A stretch of DNA of 64,000 bases. It comes from a bacterium (lineage in GTDB: Bacteria; Patescibacteriota; Microgenomatia; UBA1400; UBA12108). A program made the translations under genes and the position numbers. The stretch lies in NCBI GenBank assembly GCA_021788365.1, contig JAJYKS010000005.1:14754-78753 (forward strand), read 5' to 3'. How positions within the stretch are numbered: the stretch's first letter is position 1; every line of letters begins with the position of its first letter. The notes beneath the pieces were generated by a model. The model did no database searches, had not been told where the DNA came from, and saw only the letters and a program-made list of their open reading frames with translations. Below, in pieces: positions 59,860-64,000 of the stretch.

Positions 59860-60717
59860 ATGCCAGCAAAGAAAGCTGCTGTAAAACCGAAGGCCGAGAA
59901 GGTCACCAAACCGAAAGTTGAGAAAGCTGTAAAGACCGTTGTCGAAGTGAAGAAGGATGGGGAAGCGGAAGTAGCCAAGGTTGCCAAACAGGAAGCTCCA
60001 AAGAAAGTGTCGTACGATGTTGCCGACTTGCCCAGTCTCAAGGATATGCTTGAGGCAGGGGTACATTTTGGGCACTCTGTGAAGCGTCGTAACCCCAGAA
60101 TGGACGAGTATGTGTACGCGGTGAAAAACGGTGTACAGATTTTTGATCTCATAAAGACTCGTGACATGCTTGCCGAGGCGTGCGGATATCTCATGCAGAC
60201 GGTAGCAGACGGGGGGCAAGTCCTCTTGGTAGGTACCAAGGGTCAGGCTGCTGAAACGGTGAAATCTGAGGCGGAACGCTTGGGAATACCGTTTATTACT
60301 ACCCGTTGGGTTGGTGGGCTTTTTACCAATTGGGATCAGCTTAAGAATCGTATAACCAGGCTTGTAGATATGCGTAAGAAAATGGAAGCGGGTGACTATA
60401 AAAAATACACGAAAAAGGAGCAAGTGCTCCTCAAACGTGAGATAGACCGTCTTACTCGCATGTATGGTGGCCTCGTTCCCATGGAAAAGCTACCGGCGGC
60501 AATATTTATTGTAGATCCCAACCGTGAGATAACGGCTGTGCGTGAGTCTATTGCCCGTGGTGTACCTATTGTGGCCATTGCCGATTCTAACGCTAACCCC
60601 CAGCCTCTGACGCGCGTTATCCCTGCAAATGACGACGCCTTAAAATCGGTCGTCATGCTCGTGAAAGCGGTGACCGGCGCAATCGAGCGGGGGCAGAAAG
60701 CACAGAAAAAAGCATAA
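59860..60717 (+). CDS. rpsB: 30S ribosomal protein S2 with ~50-aa Lys/Ala-rich N-terminal extension
   Basis: MLEAGVHFGH, RWVGGLFTNW, IADSNANP. The N-terminal PAKKAAVKPKAEKVTKPKVEKAVK extension is histone-H1-like. Confidence 0.95.
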   Translation: MPAKKAAVKPKAEKVTKPKVEKAVKTVVEVKKDGEAEVAKVAKQEAPKKVSYDVADLPSLKDMLEAGVHFGHSVKRRNPRMDEYVYAVKNGVQIFDLIKTRDMLAEACGYLMQTVADGGQVLLVGTKGQAAETVKSEAERLGIPFITTRWVGGLFTNWDQLKNRITRLVDMRKKMEAGDYKKYTKKEQVLLKREIDRLTRMYGGLVPMEKLPAAIFIVDPNREITAVRESIARGVPIVAIADSNANPQPLTRVIPANDDALKSVVMLVKAVTGAIERGQKAQKKA

Positions 60718-60760
60718 TAGATTTCTCGGGGAGAGAATCTAGAAAATAGGAGAACAAGAT

Positions 60761-61207
60761 ATGCAGATAACCATGGAACAGATAAAGAAACTTCGTGAAG
60801 AGACAGGCGCTGGTGTCATGGACGTGCGAAAAGCCCTGACCGAGAGTAAAGGCGACGAGGCGAAAGCTCGCGAGTGGATCAAACAAAAAGCGATGGTGCG
60901 TGCAGAGGAGAAGTCCGAGCGCGAGACCGCCGAGGGCTACGTCTTTTCCTATGTGCACTTTAACGGCAAGGTGGGTGCACTGATTAAGCTTGCGTGCGAG
61001 ACAGACTTTGTAGCCAAGACCGAGGACTTTCAGCACCTGGGCAAAGAACTTGCGATGCAAGTTGCTTCGATGAAACCCAAAGATGTTACAGAACTTCTTT
61101 CACAAGACTATCTCCGCAACCCTGGCGAGACCGTGGAGCAGCTTGTGAAAGCCGTTTCCGGTAAAACGGGTGAGAACGTAAAAATCCTCGCCATCTCGAT
61201 GTTATAA
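60761..61207 (+). CDS. tsf: Elongation factor Ts (short form)
   Basis: N-terminal UBA-like LREETGAGVMDVRKALTES and C-terminal dimerisation-core remnant. 148 aa. Confidence 0.9.
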   Translation: MQITMEQIKKLREETGAGVMDVRKALTESKGDEAKAREWIKQKAMVRAEEKSERETAEGYVFSYVHFNGKVGALIKLACETDFVAKTEDFQHLGKELAMQVASMKPKDVTELLSQDYLRNPGETVEQLVKAVSGKTGENVKILAISML

Positions 61208-61243
61208 CGAGTAGACGCAGGGGTTCATGGTATTATTGGTGAC

Positions 61244-62323
61244 ATGATCGTCACGATTATTGTTTTATCCCTGTTGGTATTGTTGCATGAGCTGGGTCAT
61301 TTTCTTATCGCGAAGCTGTTTGGCATAAAGGTAGAAGAGTTTGGTATAGGTTTACCTCCAAAAGCCATGACGATTACCAGGCTTGGTGAAACCGAGTATA
61401 CCCTCAACTGGCTCCCCATCGGTGGGTTTGTGCGGCTTATGGGGGAGACAGAGGACCCTACACTCTTCCAACGACTTAATCCTGCAACTCGATCGCGCGC
61501 TTTTTTCGCAAAACCGGCGTGGCAGCGTACCTTGGTTCTTTTGGCTGGCGTCACGATGAATATCCTTATCGGGATCGTTCTTTTTTCCGTCATTTATGCG
61601 CGCCTGGGGGTTCCGCAGTACGCCGGGAGCCAAGTCGTTGTGGCGGATGTTGTTAGGGGAACTCCGGCGGATCTTGCAGGTCTTAAGCAAGGCGATGTTG
61701 TGACCGGGATCGCCGACGGGGCAGCTACGACGGCTGATCAATTTGTGCGATACGTGAACGCACATAAAGGACAGCTGACTACCTTTTATGTCGCCCCCTT
61801 GCTTGCAGACGGGACCGTATCTCCTTCGTCTAAACAAGTCCAAGTAATACCGAGAGAGAATCCACCGGCGGGGCAGGGAGCCCTTGGAGTCTCCGTAGAG
61901 AGTCTCCCGATTGTGACGTACAAACATTTTCCTTGGTACCAGGCGCCGTTTTACGGTACCGTGGAGGGACTTAAAGAGACGTATGGGTGGACAGTAATGT
62001 TTATCGGTATCCTTTCACATCCTAAAGAACTACTGTCGAATGTGGGTGGGCCGGTAAAGGTAGTTCAGGTGGGATCACAGGCCGTTGCCGAGGGATGGGT
62101 CGCTCTTTTGCGATTTGCCGCTATCATCTCGCTCAACCTTGGTATTTTTAATTTGCTCCCCATTCCAGCCTTGGATGGTGGGCGGGTCGCGATGGTCATT
62201 CTAGAAAAGTTTATCGGTCGCAAACGTGTCGCGAAGGTTGAGGGCTATGTGAATGCTGTGGGGATGGGCTTCCTTATACTGCTCCTCGTCGCGGTTACGG
62301 TGAAAGATGTGTTTTTTGGGTAG
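61244..62323 (+). CDS. rseP: RIP metalloprotease RseP (M50 with PDZ)
   Basis: HELGH in TM1, PDZ domain (GDVVTGIADG), C-terminal NLLPIPALDGG. Confidence 0.9.
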   Translation: MIVTIIVLSLLVLLHELGHFLIAKLFGIKVEEFGIGLPPKAMTITRLGETEYTLNWLPIGGFVRLMGETEDPTLFQRLNPATRSRAFFAKPAWQRTLVLLAGVTMNILIGIVLFSVIYARLGVPQYAGSQVVVADVVRGTPADLAGLKQGDVVTGIADGAATTADQFVRYVNAHKGQLTTFYVAPLLADGTVSPSSKQVQVIPRENPPAGQGALGVSVESLPIVTYKHFPWYQAPFYGTVEGLKETYGWTVMFIGILSHPKELLSNVGGPVKVVQVGSQAVAEGWVALLRFAAIISLNLGIFNLLPIPALDGGRVAMVILEKFIGRKRVAKVEGYVNAVGMGFLILLLVAVTVKDVFFG

Positions 62324-62335
62324 TAAAATAAACGT

Positions 62336-63178
62336 ATGTCTAAGACGATAGTGACCCACCAACATCCAGATCTAGACGCTATCATGAGCGCGTGGATACT
62401 CTTTCGATTTGATCAGCCTACGTATGGCGACGCGGAGTTTGCGTTTATCCCAGCTTCGACTACGTATAAAAACGAACCAGTGGATAGTAATCCTGACGTT
62501 GTGCATGTGGATGTCGGCTTTGGGCGCTACGACCATCACCAACCAGGTGCACCAACTAAAACCTGTGCGAGCGAGCTGGTGTGGAAAGACCTTGTTTTGC
62601 AGGGAAAGGTTTCGTCGGTTGATGTGTCACTCTCAGAGATGGTGCACCACGCTTTGGAGATAGATTTGTTTCATGACTGTTTTTGGCCCGAAGCGGCGGA
62701 GCCCCGTTTTGCCTTTACTTTGTCCGAGATTATCCCGGCCTTGCACCGACTACAACTCCATGACAATGAAGCGGTTCTCCGGATGGCGTTTGTCATGCTC
62801 GACGGGGTGTATCAACGTCTTAAAGACATTCACAAGGGTACCGAGGCTATTGCTGCAGGGCGGGAGTTAGCGACTGCCTGGGGCAAGACGCTCGTGGTTG
62901 AAACAGGTGCGGATGATGTCTCAAAAATTGCTCAGAAAATGGGATATGCGATGGTTGTGATACACGACTCTGAAAAGGGATATCTCAAGATCAAGTTACG
63001 GCCGGACGTATCGCGAAATTTAGACCCAATCTATGATAAAATACAGCAATTGGAACCGGAGCGATGGTTTTATCATAACTCTGGTCTCATGCTCTTTTCT
63101 GGGTCAGATAAGGGTGCGGCGAGGAAGCCGACTCAGCTTACTATTGAAGACCTAGTGAAGATAATCGAGGGGGTGTAG
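62336..63178 (+). CDS. DHH-family phosphoesterase (NrnA-like)
   Basis: HQHPDLDAIMSAW (motif I/II), VDVGFGRYDHHQ (DHH motif III). Confidence 0.5.
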   Translation: MSKTIVTHQHPDLDAIMSAWILFRFDQPTYGDAEFAFIPASTTYKNEPVDSNPDVVHVDVGFGRYDHHQPGAPTKTCASELVWKDLVLQGKVSSVDVSLSEMVHHALEIDLFHDCFWPEAAEPRFAFTLSEIIPALHRLQLHDNEAVLRMAFVMLDGVYQRLKDIHKGTEAIAAGRELATAWGKTLVVETGADDVSKIAQKMGYAMVVIHDSEKGYLKIKLRPDVSRNLDPIYDKIQQLEPERWFYHNSGLMLFSGSDKGAARKPTQLTIEDLVKIIEGV

Positions 63179-63185
63179 TTAGTTT

Positions 63186-63401
63186 ATGCCAATCGTGGTT
63201 AAAGCAAAAAAAGACGATAGTACTGATGCTGTTATCCGCCGTTTTAAGAAAAAAGTTTTGGCGGAGGATGTCCTCGGGGAGGTGCGTAAGCGTGAATTCC
63301 ACGTGACCGCTGCCATGAAGCGCAAAGAAAAGAACAACGAGATCAAGCGCAAAAAATACATCGAGCGTATGCAAAAGCTGTCGCAATCGAGGAAAAAATG
63401 A
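63186..63401 (+). CDS. rpsU: 30S ribosomal protein S21
   Basis: MPIVVKAKKDDSTDAVIRRFKKKVLAEDVLGEVRKREFH matches the S21 N-terminal consensus. 71 aa, basic. Confidence 0.85.
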   Translation: MPIVVKAKKDDSTDAVIRRFKKKVLAEDVLGEVRKREFHVTAAMKRKEKNNEIKRKKYIERMQKLSQSRKK

Positions 63402-63829
63402 GCGTTTTAGATACCTTGCAAGCTGACATGAAGACCGCGATGAAGGCTGGTGACGCGAAGCGTCTCTCGGCTATCCGTATGCTTATCTCCGCTGTGCGGT
63501 ATGTAACTATAGACAAGCCAGACATGACCGATGCGGATATGCTTGACGTATTGCGACGTGAAGCTAAAAAGCGACGTGAGAGTGTTCAAGCCTATACGGA
63601 TGCGGGACGTACGGAGCAGGCCGAGGCGGAGCAATTTGAGCTCGCGCTTATCGAGAGCTATTTGCCCGCTCAAATGGATGAGCGTGTGGTGCGCACGAAG
63701 GTGCAAGAGGTGCTCGGTGCCACCCACTACGACAATTTTGGATTGGCTATGCAAGCTGTCATGAAGGAGCTCAAGGGTAAAGCGGATGGCGGATTGGTTT
63801 CGCGAATTGTAAAAGAGCTTTATACGTAG
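63398..63829 (+). CDS. yqeY: GatB/YqeY-domain protein
   Basis: Overlaps the rpsU stop by 4 nt, the conserved rpsU-yqeY arrangement. 143 aa with YqeY-like helical sequence. Confidence 0.8.
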   Translation: MSVLDTLQADMKTAMKAGDAKRLSAIRMLISAVRYVTIDKPDMTDADMLDVLRREAKKRRESVQAYTDAGRTEQAEAEQFELALIESYLPAQMDERVVRTKVQEVLGATHYDNFGLAMQAVMKELKGKADGGLVSRIVKELYT

Positions 63830-63842
63830 TCATCTGGTTGCT

Positions 63843-64000
63843 ATGATAACGATCAATATTTTGGCTGATGCAAAATTTCCTCTGGATCGTGCTGCGCTTC
63901 GTAACCATCTCACTAGCGTGCTCGCCAAGTACCGTCTTACCGATGGGGTAGAGATGGCGGTGTCGGTGGTTGGGAAGCGAAAGATGACGGAGCTGCACAT
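63843..64000 (+). CDS. ybeY: rRNA maturation endoribonuclease YbeY (N-terminal fragment; continues past window end)
   Basis: MITINILADAKFPLDRAALRNHLTSVLAKYRLTDGVEMAVSVVGKRKMTEL resembles the YbeY N-terminus (...I.fvd...i..LN..YRgkd.pTDVLSF). Truncated by the window end. Confidence 0.55.
   Translation, partial: MITINILADAKFPLDRAALRNHLTSVLAKYRLTDGVEMAVSVVGKRKMTELH

Overview
Gene-dense, ~50% GC bacterial segment that resembles a reduced-genome monoderm bacterium of the CPR/Patescibacteria type (possibly Saccharibacteria-like). Hallmarks are a ribosomal S2 with a Lys/Ala-rich N-terminal extension, a short EF-Ts, the B12-dependent reductase NrdJ, many nucleotide-salvage kinases, sortase, GT39 and GT2 membrane glycosyltransferases, and no LPS genes. 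The lineage call is inference from gene content only. Housekeeping genes recognised: rpmB, fmt, def, mreB, epmA, efp, pth, topA, nrdJ, a ThyA-family gene with a long N-terminal extension, a tmk fusion, tdk, a deoxynucleoside kinase, glyA, folD, rpsB, tsf, rseP, rpsU, yqeY and a partial ybeY, plus one tRNA-Trp. Accessory content: a VirD4/TraD-like ATPase followed by a ~10-kb minus-strand block of uncharacterised proteins headed by an M23-peptidase/lytic-transglycosylase fusion; a REP-associated tyrosine transposase (RAYT) with REP palindromes; and an AT-rich islet at the tRNA carrying an HTH/endonuclease-like gene. Most notable findings: (1) a three-copy ~100-130-nt structured intergenic element whose helices are kept by compensatory substitutions between copies, each copy directly upstream of a minus-strand gene (M50 protease, efp, glyA); (2) efp translationally coupled (1-nt spacer) to a non-KamA radical-SAM enzyme, with epmA convergent next door, suggesting a non-canonical EF-P modification route; (3) a G9-homopolymer frameshift splitting an ~835-aa gene; (4) an ~80-nt upstream element shared by mreB and folD. 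No CRISPR array, rRNA or clear prophage hallmarks were seen. Domain calls are from motif recognition by eye, not database searches.
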